DNA of 64,000 nt from Eukaryota sp. TZLM1-RC (GCA_040285825.1 JAUPSS010000011.1:310001-374000), one strand, 5' to 3'. Counted from the stretch's first letter, positions 1 to 12,587 are shown. The notes: generated by a model from the letters alone, not told the origin. Numbers and translations: made by a program.

Positions 1-731
1 TTCAAATGTTGATAATTCCAACAATCGAATTTTCCATCTATAGAAATAAGTTCTTTTTATTCTATTGGCATTTTTAATGTTTTCAAAAAATGCAAGTTTC
101 CACCAGATGAAATTTCTTGATAAAAATCTTCTATTCATTTTGGAAGATTTAAAAGAAATTTTCCAATTAGTAAAGTGATTAGATAATTCCTTGGTATATA
201 ATTCAAATCGAAATTCAGTTTGAATACAATGAAGGACCCTTTTAAATAAAACAACAGTCTTCCATTTGTCAAATAGTCTTCTTATTTCTTCCTGTTCAAT
301 TAAGCATATGATAGTAGAAAATCGCCACTGTTTCAATGCATTATACGCTATATCAGCCATTACTTGGGGGACGAATCGTTTCTCAAGTGTTTTCACACCC
401 CTAACAAATCTCCACTTCATGAAGAAGTCACGAAGTAAACAACATGAGAGGTGAGAGGTAGAAGACAATGACTTGTTGGACTGTTGAGTAGTTCTTGTGT
501 GGTATTTCCATGAACGAAAGTAGCAACGTAAACGAAAACTAGAATACCATTGGTGAAAGTGAGTCCTAAGGATGTTAATGTATCGTTGTTCTATGAATAG
601 TATAGCAGACAACACGTGAATAGTCGATCGATCCATTCATTGACACCAATGTATAAGTCCACGTTAGTCAGGGTATTTTAATGCTGTGTTATCTTGACAG
701 CTGAATTGAATTCATGAATTGACTTACCATA

Positions 732-963
732 CTGTGAATTTCACTTATCATGCATTCCCCTGTGAAATTCACTCCTGTTTTCAACTTTCTCAATGTCTAC
801 TCACAGGCTGTAAGAGACATGTAGCGTCATTTGACAAAGACAATCATGATCTTCATCAATGGGCTACCTCACTTAAATACACCTACTGCTTTCACAGAAC
901 AAAGCCTCGCGACTTGATGTATCTAAGTGGATCTACCAAATGCTACTAAGGTATTTGTAGATC
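732..963 (-). ncRNA. Putative omegaRNA scaffold of Fanzor A copy 1
   Basis: Non-coding segment conserved in 3 copies between the stop codon and element end. Multiple stems, including GCGA and GAAA tetraloops. Confidence 0.7.
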
Positions 964-1015
964 GGTCCCAAAAGTTTTTTCAAAGTTTTTGTTTCTGTAT
1001 GCTCACGTTCCCCAT

Positions 1016-2972
1016 TCATCTTCTCAACAGAGCATCTGGGCAAATGTATCTTTCCGGCCACAATTCCGCTTTCTTCTTAATTTGAATATTTTTTGCAGCG
1101 GAAATATCTCTGTCATATACTATTTGACACTCAGTACAAATACGCATCTGCCATGAGCCTGCTTGAATATTCTCGGCCATGCAACAACTTGACATTTTGC
1201 TTGTATTAAATTCACTGGTTGACAAGTGCTTCACGTCCTTTTGATAACACAACCATTTTCTAAAAGCCCTTGCTGATCCATATCGATTGACTTTTCGGCA
1301 ATGAGAAGGGAAATTAGCAGAACCCACAGCAAGATAGAGTTTTTCAGGATGTCCAGCTAGCCTTTGAAATTTGTTGAGACTCTCTCTGAACCGTCTCTCT
1401 TTTCGTCTGCGGTTATCAAATTTAATTATTTTCCATTTCTGGCGATTACTTTCCAAATACACTTTCCTCCTGACCAAATTCCAATGGTTCAAATATTGGT
1501 TGAAATTTTGAACGGAATATTGGTTGGGAGAGTGTTTACTGGGTGAAGGTTTTGTCATGTATCTTCTGCCAGTTGGACAAGGAATAACTCCACATTGATT
1601 ATCATTTAAGAAGTAACCACATAATCTTGATTGGCCAAGATCAACGCCGATAAGGGACCTTTCAGGTAAAATTTCGACTGGATGTCTACGTCTTCGACGG
1701 GGCATTTTTTTAGTACCCTTCAACTGTGTTTCTCTGGTTTTGTTGGCATTAGGGTCACTTTTCATTTCATTTTTTGATCTTCTTTTCTTTTTCGGTGGTT
1801 CATCCAGCTCATCTGTGTTTTCTGAGTCATTATTTTTACCTTCAAAGGTCAAAAGCAGTTCATTACCATTAGTTTTCAATAAAATTTTGTTAAATCTATT
1901 TTTCAAACTTTTTCTGTTGATATTGAATTTTTGGTAAGGACATTGTTTGAATATTCGTTTCAGACATGTATTTTTGATAAACTTTGTTTTGGAAGATGAT
2001 CCTTCAATAATTGGAAATTTTTTTCACAGAGTGGAAAATTTGTGAAGGTACCTCAATAAATTTAGAACCTTTATGAGAAGCTAAAGGTATTATTCTAAAT
2101 TTCTTCCAGCAATGCATATGAGAAAAGAAAGTGAGTAAGTATTGTGAAATTTTAAGATTGAAGAGAAAAAGCTCACTAATTTCCTTTGATGAAAAAGTGA
2201 TTTTATCATGTGAGGACAGTAGGGAGGCAGTGGTAGGAAATCTTTGAAGGAGATTCAAGATAAACTTACATGCATTTAATAAAAAGAATCTTTCTCTTGA
2301 ATTATTCAAATTGAAATTGATGAGGTATTCAAGAACAGAATCAACTACTACTTTCTCGGGTTGGGCTAGTGGTTCATCTGGCAAAAGTGAAAGAATATTA
2401 TTTGCAAAGACATTTGTTTTATCCAGGGCTCTACAATGAGCACGAATAAAGTTCTTTGTCCAGGATTCACAAATTTTAGGTAAACTTGTCTTCACGTTAG
2501 ACGCCAATTGACGAGCCCGACAAGCAAGGTAAGGAGAAAGCCCTTTTCTATTGATAAAATTACAATTCTGAGATTGCAGCCAAGCATTGAGAAAAAGATT
2601 TAATGAATTTCTGTAAGGCACTAAAGAATTTTCCCACACAGAAACAAGAGACCTGTCTTGTGGGCATTCAGGAAGAAATCCATTGTAAAAGATATGGAGT
2701 AATTGGCGTTGGCCTTTAGATGTGGAAGGCTTAGGAAAAGAACCAGTGGTGATGACGGTCATAAACAGATACCATACATCCTTTTCCACTAAAGCTCTAG
2801 ATGCCAACGGAAAATTTAGAAGAAAAGATTGAAGTAATAAAGAAGCTTCATGACAAATCTCGGTGACCACAGGAAGGTCCGTCCGAATTTGTTGCACCGC
2901 TGCAGGGGTCAGCAGCGAGTTAAGTGCACAAGACCGAGTGAATACACGTGACACAGAGTGGGTGTCTGTCAT
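1016..2972 (-). CDS. Fanzor1-like RNA-guided RuvC endonuclease, ~651 aa after removing one base in the T7 run at 2018-2024
   Basis: ORFs 2004-2972 and 1016-1906 join if T7 becomes T6 (copy 2 has A6). Motifs: TNG (TDG-like), RuvC-I LIGVDLG, RuvC-II SEFNTSK, Zn finger CC...CTEC, RuvC-III YDRDISAAKNI. Confidence 0.85.
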
Positions 2973-3205
2973 GTAGTGAGAATAAAGAGCTCATCTATCA
3001 AATTTTACACTTGTCACCCCATTTTCGACTTCTGGTTGCCTGTTCTGGGAGGTTTTTAACCCTCAACTTGGTTTTGGGAGGTTTTCACTATTCCCACACT
3101 TTCTCCTCACTTCATAAACTAGGTTCTTATTTTTCTCACTTAACTTCTTTTTCGAGCTTTAGGACTCCCCTGTAATCTTTCAACTTCTTTCTATTACTCC
3201 CTCAG

Positions 3206-3477
3206 TTCATGCCCCACTACTGGCCCTCCACAAACTGCAACTTATGCTGCTCTACCACCGACGCCTCAACCGGTACAGTCCATGTACACACCGCCTGCTC
3301 CTCGCTGATCTGGTAATAATACCAGGAAAATTTTCCTTGAAAGCTCTGATTGGAAGTTAAACAAAACTGTTAGTCATTCATCAAACAAAAACGCTTCTGT
3401 CCCTAGCGTTTTACTTGGTTTGAAGCTTTCTAATGGCATCTCGAAGAAAAATGTTAACATTGAGCTAAACGAACGAA
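3206..3477 (+). pseudogene. Pseudogenised copy of the COMM-domain gene at 48915-49265
   Basis: Near-identical to the reverse complement of ~48975-49246. In-frame TGA replaces a Ser codon; 3' end cut by a non-LTR insertion. Confidence 0.85.
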
Positions 3478-3489
3478 AACTTTAAAAAC

Positions 3490-5329
3490 TTTGACCTGCT
3501 TTCGTCTTCAGGTGTTAAACAAGGTGATCCACTTGGTCCTTTTTTCTTTTGTCTGGCAATTCATCCATTAATGTGCGAATTGAAAGAAAAATTCCCAGAA
3601 ATAGATATTGTAGCTATATGGATGACATTTCTGTAATTGCTCCTATTACAATTCTGAAACAAATAGCAACTTTTATTCAACAGCGTTATGAAGATATTGG
3701 TCTCTCATTGAATATCTCCAAATGTTTGATTATTGGCCACGAACCAATTGATTTTTTCATTAATGATGTCAATGTCCCCTTTATCAATTATGATCAGTCT
3801 GGTTTTCGTTTTTTGGGTTGTTATCTCGGAAATATTGATGAAGTGAAAGGCCAACATTCGACTCTGTTGACTCAATTTGGAAATGAATTAGAATCAATAG
3901 AAAATTTAAATATTGAGAAACATTTGAAATTCTTTTTCCTAAAAATCTGTTATTCTGGAAAATTTACTCATATTTTGAGATCTACATCACCATCAATTTC
4001 TTTGGAGTTTTGTCGCATTTTTAATGAACAAAGAACCAATTTTTTAGCAAAATTATTGGAAATTGATGCATCTCAGTTACGAAGCCACATTTTTTGTGGT
4101 ACAAATTTTGGTGGTGTTGATTTTCATAAATCAAGCTACCTTTGTAAAGCTGCCTTTATTGGAGGTGAAAGAATTTTATTTATGAATTTGTGAATCGTTT
4201 TCCTGAAAAAATTCATCTCATTGAAAATTGTGGCAGCTCTTATCTTATTTCTTTGCAACACGAAATTGAAACTCTTTCACCCAATATTTGGGCTAAATGT
4301 TTCCCCTCTGATATTGTGGAACTTCCTTCAAGAAGCTTGTTCTCCTTACCACTGACTTTTGCAAAATTGCAGAAAAAAATCTTGAAAGTTTTAGAAAACT
4401 TGGATTATATTGTACGTCTTAGCTTGGCTAAGAAAAAAAATCCCGTTTTTGCAAACTTTTTGATTGATCTTGAAGACAGTTGTTCAAGTTGCCTAATCTC
4501 CCAAATTCCAAACATTTATGGCCTTCTACTTAATGATCACCAATGGACCACTGCAATGAGAATGAGATGTTTTCTATGGCCTTGTTCATTACCAAATGAT
4601 TTAATTTGTCGCTGCAAGAGTGTTGTTACGCTTTCCCATATTTTAAACTGTAAGTATTTTATAACTTATCGCTCACTTGTTCATGACTCAGTTCGTGATC
4701 AATTATATGCCATGTGCAAAAGTTTCAATATAGAGGCATTTATTGAGCCACTAGTACGTAAGCTGTCTTCAGTTCAAACTGATGATTCCTTTGGTAAAAG
4801 AAGGGCAGATTTAGTAGCTCCAGGGATCGATGGTGTTCTCAATGTTGTAGACGTTGTCTCAGTGGATGTTTGCAAAAATTCTGCTGCTCGTTTAGTGTAT
4901 TCCGCTGACTCGCCGTTATCTAACGCCGAAAAAAAGAAGATAAAAAAATATGAAGAACCTTTGGCACAGTTAGGTAGAGTGGAACATGTGAAATATCAGT
5001 TTGTGCCGTTTGCAATTTCTCTTTTTGGCAATATTGGACCTTCAGGGTTGCACTTTTTTGAAAACTTTAAAAAAGTGTTACTGAATAGGTTTGGTAAAAC
5101 AATGAACTCCACTTTCTGGTTAAATAGAATTGTTTTTTGCATTTTCAAGTCTATTCCAACAATGATTTCAAAGGCACTTTTAGCTATTGGTGTAGAATAT
5201 GAACGTAATGCTGTGAGTAGGTTCAGTAATAGTGACGCTTGTTTGGAGGATATTGAATTCTAGATGGTTTTTTTTATCTCAATAATTATTCCAGTTTTAA
5301 AAATAAAACCTACCTATTATAAAAAAAAT
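3490..5329 (+). mobile_element. 5'-truncated RLE-type non-LTR retrotransposon (RT, CCHC finger, restriction-like endonuclease)
   Basis: SSGVKQGDPLGP and YMDD RT motifs; CRC...HILNC; RRADL..VVDV..AEKKKIKKY..FVPFAISLFG; short 3' A-rich tail. Confidence 0.85.
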
Positions 5330-5332
5330 ATT

Positions 5333-6080
5333 ACCATTAATCAATCATTATTAAAAGAAAAATGTATTCGTTTGATTTCACCATAGCTCACTTTATGTCA
5401 TGCTCTGAATTGTTCGAAATCGATAACCTATCGTTCTTCATAACATGATGCTGTTAGAGACACTGTTGTTAATATGGCACGATTTGCAAGAATCTCGTGT
5501 ATCAAAGAGCCTCTGCTGAAAGCAACACTGCCATTGAATAGTTTTGGTTCTGATGACAAAGGTGATATATACTGTGATTGGATTGAGAACTCTGAAGCTG
5601 TTGTTGTCTTTGTCTCCTGTTATGTTGCAAATGACACTTTGGTTCAAAGAAAAAACTTAATCCTGTAGATGTTCTTGAATTCAGAGCCAAAGATGAACAC
5701 AGAAAACATGACAAAGATATCGAAGAAGTTAATGCTGAAAGAAATAGACCACTTGTTTTTATTGCTTTTCCATTTTCTATAAACGGAAGATTATCAGTAG
5801 AAGCAGAAACTTTTTTGAACGATTTCCAAATAATGGTTCAAGAAAAAGCAATGAAAAGATTTGATATCTTTTTTCGACTCTTTCGAATTCAATTTGCCAT
5901 TATTAATAGATTACCTCGGTTTTTCAATCGAATTAGAGAAGCTTTAGCGAGACAGCAAGCAGAGCAAGATTTTGTAGAGTAAATCCAGGTTCAATGAATT
6001 TCGTCCCATTAGTTATGAGTTTATTTTGTTAAGTGTGGGAGTGTAATAAACATATTTATGTGAATTGATAAATAATTTTT
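5333..6080 (+). mobile_element. 3' fragment of a second RLE non-LTR family (degenerate)
   Basis: HDAVRD..ARISCIKEPLL..DIYCDW; closely matches 62881-63630 including the 3' UTR. Confidence 0.75.
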
Positions 6081-7291
6081 CATTTTAAAATTTGGACATT
6101 TCATTCAACTAATGTTGTTGGATCCTGCTACTTAAACTATAATAACAGCCCAACTAATGGTCCAGAAAAAGAGTATTTTTCTTTGTAGTGACAACTACTC
6201 TTCAACTACTATATGATGACAAGATGCCATAGAAACATTATATCCAACCTGAGAAAAAAGGTACTGATTGAAAAATAATGCTAATCTCTTACTGCAATGT
6301 TGGAAACACTACGATTTTTACTGGAACTGACCGTATCATACAATACATTATGTAAATATTGCCTTAGTCGTGACATAGCTGAGTTCAGTCGGAAACTGTG
6401 ATGAAAGGATTGTTTTTGAGTTAGCACCACTGGTTGTACAATTATGAGATAGTGAACCAGTTCCAGAAGTACACATAAGAACGTCAAGTAACAAGTAGAA
6501 AACAAACGTTCAAATGGTACAAATAGACACATTCCGGCTTGGTCTAAATCAAAGCCCATTCATTACAGTGATTTTGACTGGCATTCCTATATGGCATTGA
6601 ATTATTGTGATCCACAGATTGACTTTTGTATTAATAGATTTCACCTCCAAAACAGTTAGAGAACGACACAATGCTATAATACTGCTGAAAATTAGCTTTG
6701 AATACAATTCCTCTGTGTAATCATTCTCATTACATTTACTGTATGTCACGTAACCCCAGCCAAAAATCATCAAAACAAGGTTGCTCTGAAGAACATCTAT
6801 GGTATGAGCATTAAACTATTTGAATTGTTAGTTCGTTGGACGACTTTCAAAATGAGCAATAGACAAACAGCATTGTTTTGTCCTCGATTGGTTCTTTTTT
6901 TATCACAATTGTACAAAGTATAGTCAATTAAAACACCTACTTTTTCGATTAATTGTGAAGACAACATTCGACTGAATTCAGAGTCAAGTTTTATATATCA
7001 AATTCAATAGTTAGAAAACATTTAATGGTAGAGAATAAATTCAAAATTCGAACGTGATCACCTTCCTAAAGAGGCAAGTCACGTTTAGCTACTGCCAACA
7101 TTCGAGACCAATATAGTCATTCCATGACTTTTTATCCAGTCAAAAATCTAAATAAGTAATTTACAAGAAGAAGCAAATATTGTAATGTATAATAGTATCC
7201 AATCATTTTACTCAAAAATTAATACATTTAAAATTAAAATACATAACCCACAAAAAAGAAAGAGAATAAAATCACCAGTTGGCAGTTAAAC

Positions 7292-8092
7292 TCACACTTG
7301 ATTTCCCCTCAATTCTTTCAACTTTGCTTCAGTACTACCCTTTTGTACAGCAATCACAGCCGGTTCTCGTACAGGACACGTCGTTATTGGTTTTTGAGGG
7401 GATCTCGGGGTCTCAGCATTGTGTTCAGTAAGAATTATTGGTGATTTTAAATCCTGAAACATTTCCTCATCTGAGATGGAGCGCTCAAGGTTTTTGTACC
7501 CCCTTGATTTCTTAGCTGAATCTACAATGGATTTAACATAAGATTCAGGAACAAAGATATCTCCACTAGATCCCAACCTTTTTTTAGGTGTGAAACTCCG
7601 AGTATCCGACGAAGGTTTATTAGAAGCAGGACGTGGGTAAGTAACAGGGGTAGCAGTCTTACGGGGGCGCGAAGGAGCTCGTTTTGGTTTTGTCTTCTTT
7701 TTCTTCTTTATTAATGTGGCAGAAGAGGCGGGCTTTGAATTTGAACTTTGAATAGGAACTGAAGGTTCCATTCGGAGCTCCGCAAGTCTCTCATTCAGCC
7801 AATCATTTTCTTTTTGAACACTTTTCATAGCTGCGTGGTGTCTGTGGGATTGTTCATCTAGTTTAGATTCTAAATCTTTAACCCTCGTTTGTAGTGAATG
7901 TATCTGTGTTTGAGATGAACGTAGTTGACACTGATAATCATAAGCATTTTGTTCTGCCACTGCAAGTTTTTGGAGAAGATCAGAAATTTGGGAATTAAGT
8001 AAGGACTCTTTCTTGGAGAAGACTGCTCGTTCACGATCAACAATGGTTTTGAGACGCTGTTTTAAGAGAGTGCGGTTATCCGCTTCATCCAT
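7292..8092 (-). CDS. Hypothetical protein, N-terminal coiled coil and basic low-complexity C-terminus
   Basis: 266-aa ATG ORF with heptad-rich first half and a poly-K NLS-like stretch. Confidence 0.7.
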   Translation of the reverse strand: MDEADNRTLLKQRLKTIVDRERAVFSKKESLLNSQISDLLQKLAVAEQNAYDYQCQLRSSQTQIHSLQTRVKDLESKLDEQSHRHHAAMKSVQKENDWLNERLAELRMEPSVPIQSSNSKPASSATLIKKKKKTKPKRAPSRPRKTATPVTYPRPASNKPSSDTRSFTPKKRLGSSGDIFVPESYVKSIVDSAKKSRGYKNLERSISDEEMFQDLKSPIILTEHNAETPRSPQKPITTCPVREPAVIAVQKGSTEAKLKELRGNQV

Positions 8093-8473
8093 GGGAAAAA
8101 TATTTGTCAGGATTTTTTTTCACAAAATCAATAACTGTTATTCATAGACTTTCCTTTTCAAAGTGATGACATTGAGAAATCTGCAATATAGTATTCTATT
8201 ATCATAATCATTGTTTTATGTAGTGATTTTTTGTATCATTTTGCCAACAATAAAATATGTTTACATCAATTTGTGTTGTTATTATATTCACCAAATCATT
8301 ACGCATCAGGTCATTGATAACTATGAACGATCAATGCAGAAGACTAAGAGTATGTAATTCATTGATTGCCATTACTGTCTTTTACTGACAAAATACACTG
8401 GGCTCACAGGCTCCGAGAGCATAAGTTTAAGCACAAATCAAAATGAAACAACTACATCGATGAAAACTAATAA

Positions 8474-8841
8474 TTATTGAACACGTCTGGCATTAGTATC
8501 TCTGTTTGGTCTCCATTGAGGATTGGCACGGACACGACGGTTGGTGCGAGAGCGGACACGAACGGAGTGGTTGTGGACTGCACAAGAGATACAGTATTGG
8601 ACCTTGTTGTAGGTCTTGGGAAGACGATATCCGTCAAAAGCAGCAGCGGCCTGAACATCCTTCAAACCGGCACTTTCAACGATGTTACGGACTTGAAAGC
8701 GTTTGACAGCTTTATCCTGAGATCAATAAGACAATAATGACACACTTTAGGAACGCAACGAGCACAGTTGTTGCATCTGACTGGATTGACGTGTCCACGT
8801 CCATGCTTACTACGACCCTGATTTCTTCTCTTGAAAGGCAT
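8474..8841 (-). CDS. RPS26: 40S ribosomal protein S26 (eS26), one 29-nt intron at 8717-8745
   Basis: [32 protein letters not shown]|DKAVKRF...[16 protein letters not shown]; GT..AG intron restores the frame. Confidence 0.96.
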
Positions 8842-8850
8842 GTTTAGGCA

Positions 8851-8894
8851 CTGATGTAAGAGAGAATTGATAACGTACGGAGAAAAGAGGAAAG
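8851..8894 (-). promoter_or_regulatory. Probable 28-nt 5'-UTR intron (8851-8878) preceded by a pyrimidine tract upstream of RPS26
   Basis: GTACGT...CATCAG ends 9 nt before the ATG; CTTTCCTCTTTTCTCC lies upstream (TOP-like). Confidence 0.5.
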
Positions 8895-9865
8895 ACCTAT
8901 TTTCGATCTCAATGGCTATTTGTAATGTATTACATTATGAATCTTTGTCTCTTTCCCGTATAGTGTATCCATATCTGCAATAACGGACCTCTCTTTCATG
9001 TGAGTCATGTTTCTTATCCCACATTCATACACAGGGGCGTTAAATGATTATTGCAAGGTTTAACTATCTGTTTTTTTGTGCATGATTGTCTTCTATTTTC
9101 TTCTAGTTCACACTACGTTTTCGCTTTTATTGATGAAGAGAGTATTTATTAATTTTGATAAAGCAACACCGAAAAGAATTTTGTATTAGATATGTATCCT
9201 CTTGCTCTTCTCAATGCAAATTGACATGGGAAATGTCTAAATTTCTAGTTGTCACTATCCTCTCGATAATTCACCTACTCTTTAGTTCTTTACACAACAA
9301 TTTCACAAGCAAATGGTAAATTTCAAGTATCCTATATCCTATATCATTCATTTATCGTGTTTCATTAATGCAATGTCTCTTGGTTTAATCACATTCAAAT
9401 GACTTCTGCAATACTTTGCCGATATTTGATGAACAGACGACATGTTTGATAACATTAGTTGCATTTAAGACAATCAAGGGGAAGATGTGATGGCCTGTGG
9501 TGAGAATGTGTGTTCTTGTCTGACATAGGGTGTATAGAATTATGGGGATGTAATGTGTTACAAGGGAAAGTGTATTTTCGTCAACTTGAGCGCAAATGCC
9601 TAATATTGATTACACTAAAAACAAAATACACTATAATATAGATACAATATTTTATCTAAACGGCTAACAGCTGCACTATGTAGTGAACAAGAAAGTGAAC
9701 AGTAGTCACTGCTCCTTCATGGGACGTAAGTCCACAAATTGCAACATCTGTATAACTCAACATAACTTTTTTAATTTTGCAATCTGTTTTTTTGGAAACT
9801 GTTCAGAAAAGTCAAGAATTACACGTTTCCTATTGATTTGAAATTGATTCAGCCCTCATTCTGTC

Positions 9866-10648
9866 ATGACTAAGCAACCAAAGATAGTTCCTGTAGCAGG
9901 TTTCGCCTTTGTTAATCCAAATGAAGATGGTCCTATGCAGGCTTACCTTACATTTGCGTCAGATAACAATCTGACTCAGCCACCTAAGTCTTGTGTGATC
10001 CAGCTCTCTGGAAATCAACCGGAGATACCTTCTGTTTCTCAACCGGGAATGTCAGTACAACATGCTCAGCCACAACAACAGCAAGCATATTCTCTCAATC
10101 CACCTGGTCTTCAACACGTTCCGGGTGCTCATCATTCATCCATGGGGGCTGTGTCTCATAATCCTCATGGTTTTATGCCTCAACATGGTGGTGAACAAAT
10201 GTTCTCAATGAACCCTTACATGGTACGCGGCCACTTTGCTCAGCCTTTCCCTAATAGTATGGGACCTGGTGGTATGAACCCTCGCTCTAACCACCCCTCC
10301 TTTGTACATATGATGGCTCCCCACAACACCCCCGGTGCACGTAATACTAATCCACCGCCATCGCAAGGATCTGAACCTCCGCTCAAAATCAGCAAGAAAC
10401 CTCCTCAAAAAAAGCCAAAGTCTGAAGTGGAAGTTATTGACTGTGAAGATCCCACCAGAAATGCACCCCAACCCAAGCCTGTTGAACAAAAGACTCCACC
10501 CGTCTCTACTGCTGTTAACCCTCAGCCCGCAACTCAACCATTACCACCCAAAACAGAGTCACCAGTAGTTAATCAAGAAGCAGTGAATGAACAAAAGAAA
10601 AAGCGGGCAGCCACTGCTTTTGAAAACCTAATCAATGAAGGACCTTAG
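9866..10648 (+). CDS. Hypothetical Pro/Gln/His-rich low-complexity protein
   Basis: 260-aa ATG ORF with raised GC and a downstream AATAAA. Confidence 0.7.
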   Translation: MTKQPKIVPVAGFAFVNPNEDGPMQAYLTFASDNNLTQPPKSCVIQLSGNQPEIPSVSQPGMSVQHAQPQQQQAYSLNPPGLQHVPGAHHSSMGAVSHNPHGFMPQHGGEQMFSMNPYMVRGHFAQPFPNSMGPGGMNPRSNHPSFVHMMAPHNTPGARNTNPPPSQGSEPPLKISKKPPQKKPKSEVEVIDCEDPTRNAPQPKPVEQKTPPVSTAVNPQPATQPLPPKTESPVVNQEAVNEQKKKRAATAFENLINEGP

Positions 10649-12068
10649 TGTTTGTTTAAGGTTATTCTTTAGCTTTGTTTTGATCTGCGTTTATTTGTAT
10701 TTTACTTTAGTCGTAATTCTATCTGCTACGTGCAGATTCTATTTTTTCCCTTATTTAATAAATTGTTGTAACTTATTTGTGTAATCTCTTGTGTTTGTCA
10801 TGTTTTACCTTTCAGAAGCGGATCTTTTTCCTTTGTCTTTGATAGAGCTGTGATTTAGGAAAGTCCTCTTTAAAGATCTTTAAAATATAAACAAAATTGA
10901 GAACTTTACAACTGAAAAGCAAAAGATTTATGTGGATTATTGTTTGATCTCAAACTTTTAATTTCACTTAAGAACAGTTCAAAAACATCCTATTAAAATT
11001 ACAATTACCTTATCCAAATAGCGTCGATCGATTTGATGTCGTACTTTGGTAATATTAAGGCAAAGTTCAGACACTCATTTCATCAGTTTGCTTTCCCAAA
11101 TGATGAATTTGATCAAAAGTTCATTTTGTTATATGTCTATGTCAGTGTGGTCTAAGACCAGGTTCTGAAGAAAAATTACTATGAAACAGCTTTCACCATG
11201 ATGACCATAGCGTTGTGTAATTGTCTCGTAGAAATTTTGTGACAATGGCGTCCATCAAATTTGCCTCAATAGAGAGTTGTATATCAATTGCATTTTCTAT
11301 TTTGCTGCGGCAACAGTGGATTGAATGCAGTGCTGTTTAAAACTGCTTGAATTATCATCATAATTTGACCTTATTTCTGAGATTAGTGTTAATTTTAACA
11401 ATCAAGAGATTGTTCATAAAAGGGTGACCATGAGGTGGAAGTATGCAGATTAGAATTTTGCTGAGGAAAATGTTCTCCGAATTTTGTCCCAGTAATTCTG
11501 AGTTCATTTTGTTAAATTTCAAAGTTTAATAGAACATAAAGAAATAATACTATAGAAAAAACAAATTTCAAAAAAGGTCATTTAATACAATTATAGTAGT
11601 TTTTTACCAATTGCGAAAATTCCGTAAGAATGTACATTGGGACACGTATCCCAAATCTAAAAATACACGCAGCAATCAAAAGCTTTGTTTTGAAACAGAC
11701 AGGACTTGATGCAGTACTTGAGATGTTTTGAAACAGACTTGGTTTTGGTCTCCAGACAAATTCATATTTTAAAAACATTATCTATTGGAACACAAATAAA
11801 AGCAAATTATTGTCCTCATCACAACAACCACAATTTTCAATGTTATGTTTTTCACAATTTAAAGATCAGAGCGTTGCATTTTGAGTAATTATGTTGGGGG
11901 ACAATGATCTCAATGTTGTGTTGTCTCCATTATGTGAGACAGAGGTACTAAACTTGACGTGCAAGCAATGAAAAAGAATTTTTTAGGAATCAGTTTCAAC
12001 AATAGAACTAAAAAACTATCAAAAAAGTTTGGACTTGACACCCAAAATCCGTCTAGTCAACCCCAAGG

Positions 12069-12587
12069 TCAACTCGAGTCATGTTCAGGAGGTACATAAC
12101 AAACTCTACCACAATTGATAGGCAAACAACGACTCTTGGAGACATCATCGTTGTGAACGACTAATATTTCGACTTTATCACTGTTGCAGCGAGGAAAACA
12201 TGATCGTTCTAAGGTAGAGAAGAAGCGGCCACGGTTTTTGTCCTTTCCATCACATTCAGAGAAGTCATCGGCATCAGGATTAAAGAATGTCAGCCACACA
12301 ATAGTGATGGTTAGGAGTACACCACAGATGAGTACAATTGTTGCAAGACTGGCGAGAGGAACATTATCAGCACGCACTTCATGAAGAATGCGGATTGCAT
12401 ATAACCCGATATAGAAAATACCAACTAGAGCTAAAAAGTGAGGTATGTGGTGATAATTGAACTGCATGGTCACATCGTACACCCCTGTTAACAGTCCTAT
12501 CCCCATGGAGCTGAAACATAGACGAATGGTGCGATCACGAGGTCGACGGTCTTTTGGAAAACACGGAAGCTTAAATTGTTCAAACAT
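12069..12587 (-). CDS. Hypothetical 172-aa membrane protein (about 3 TM, Cys-rich C-terminus), copy 1
   Basis: Hydrophobic segments; protein identical to the copy at 14192-14710. Confidence 0.6.
   Translation of the reverse strand: MFEQFKLPCFPKDRRPRDRTIRLCFSSMGIGLLTGVYDVTMQFNYHHIPHFLALVGIFYIGLYAIRILHEVRADNVPLASLATIVLICGVLLTITIVWLTFFNPDADDFSECDGKDKNRGRFFSTLERSCFPRCNSDKVEILVVHNDDVSKSRCLPINCGRVCYVPPEHDSS

Larger units (their letters stand above)
732..3172 (-). mobile_element. Fanzor family A element, copy 1 (full length, TA-flanked)
   Basis: Homology with copies at 49.7-52.1 kb and 56.3-58.8 kb. Right-end homology stops at ...GAAATTCACAG|TA (TA at 730-731); left end is AAAGATTA|CAGGGGAG (TA at 3173-3174). 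Confidence 0.85.

Noticed and set aside
530-727. ATG plus GTAAGT..CAG intron-like signal and LRR-like scraps beyond the Fanzor A1 right end
   Set aside because: All frames hit stops quickly; no coherent gene can be built.
719-949. 76-aa ORF (and its copy at 58541-58750) conserved between Fanzor copies
   Set aside because: Antisense to the structured RNA, non-ATG start, and disrupted in copy 2; conservation is explained by the element.
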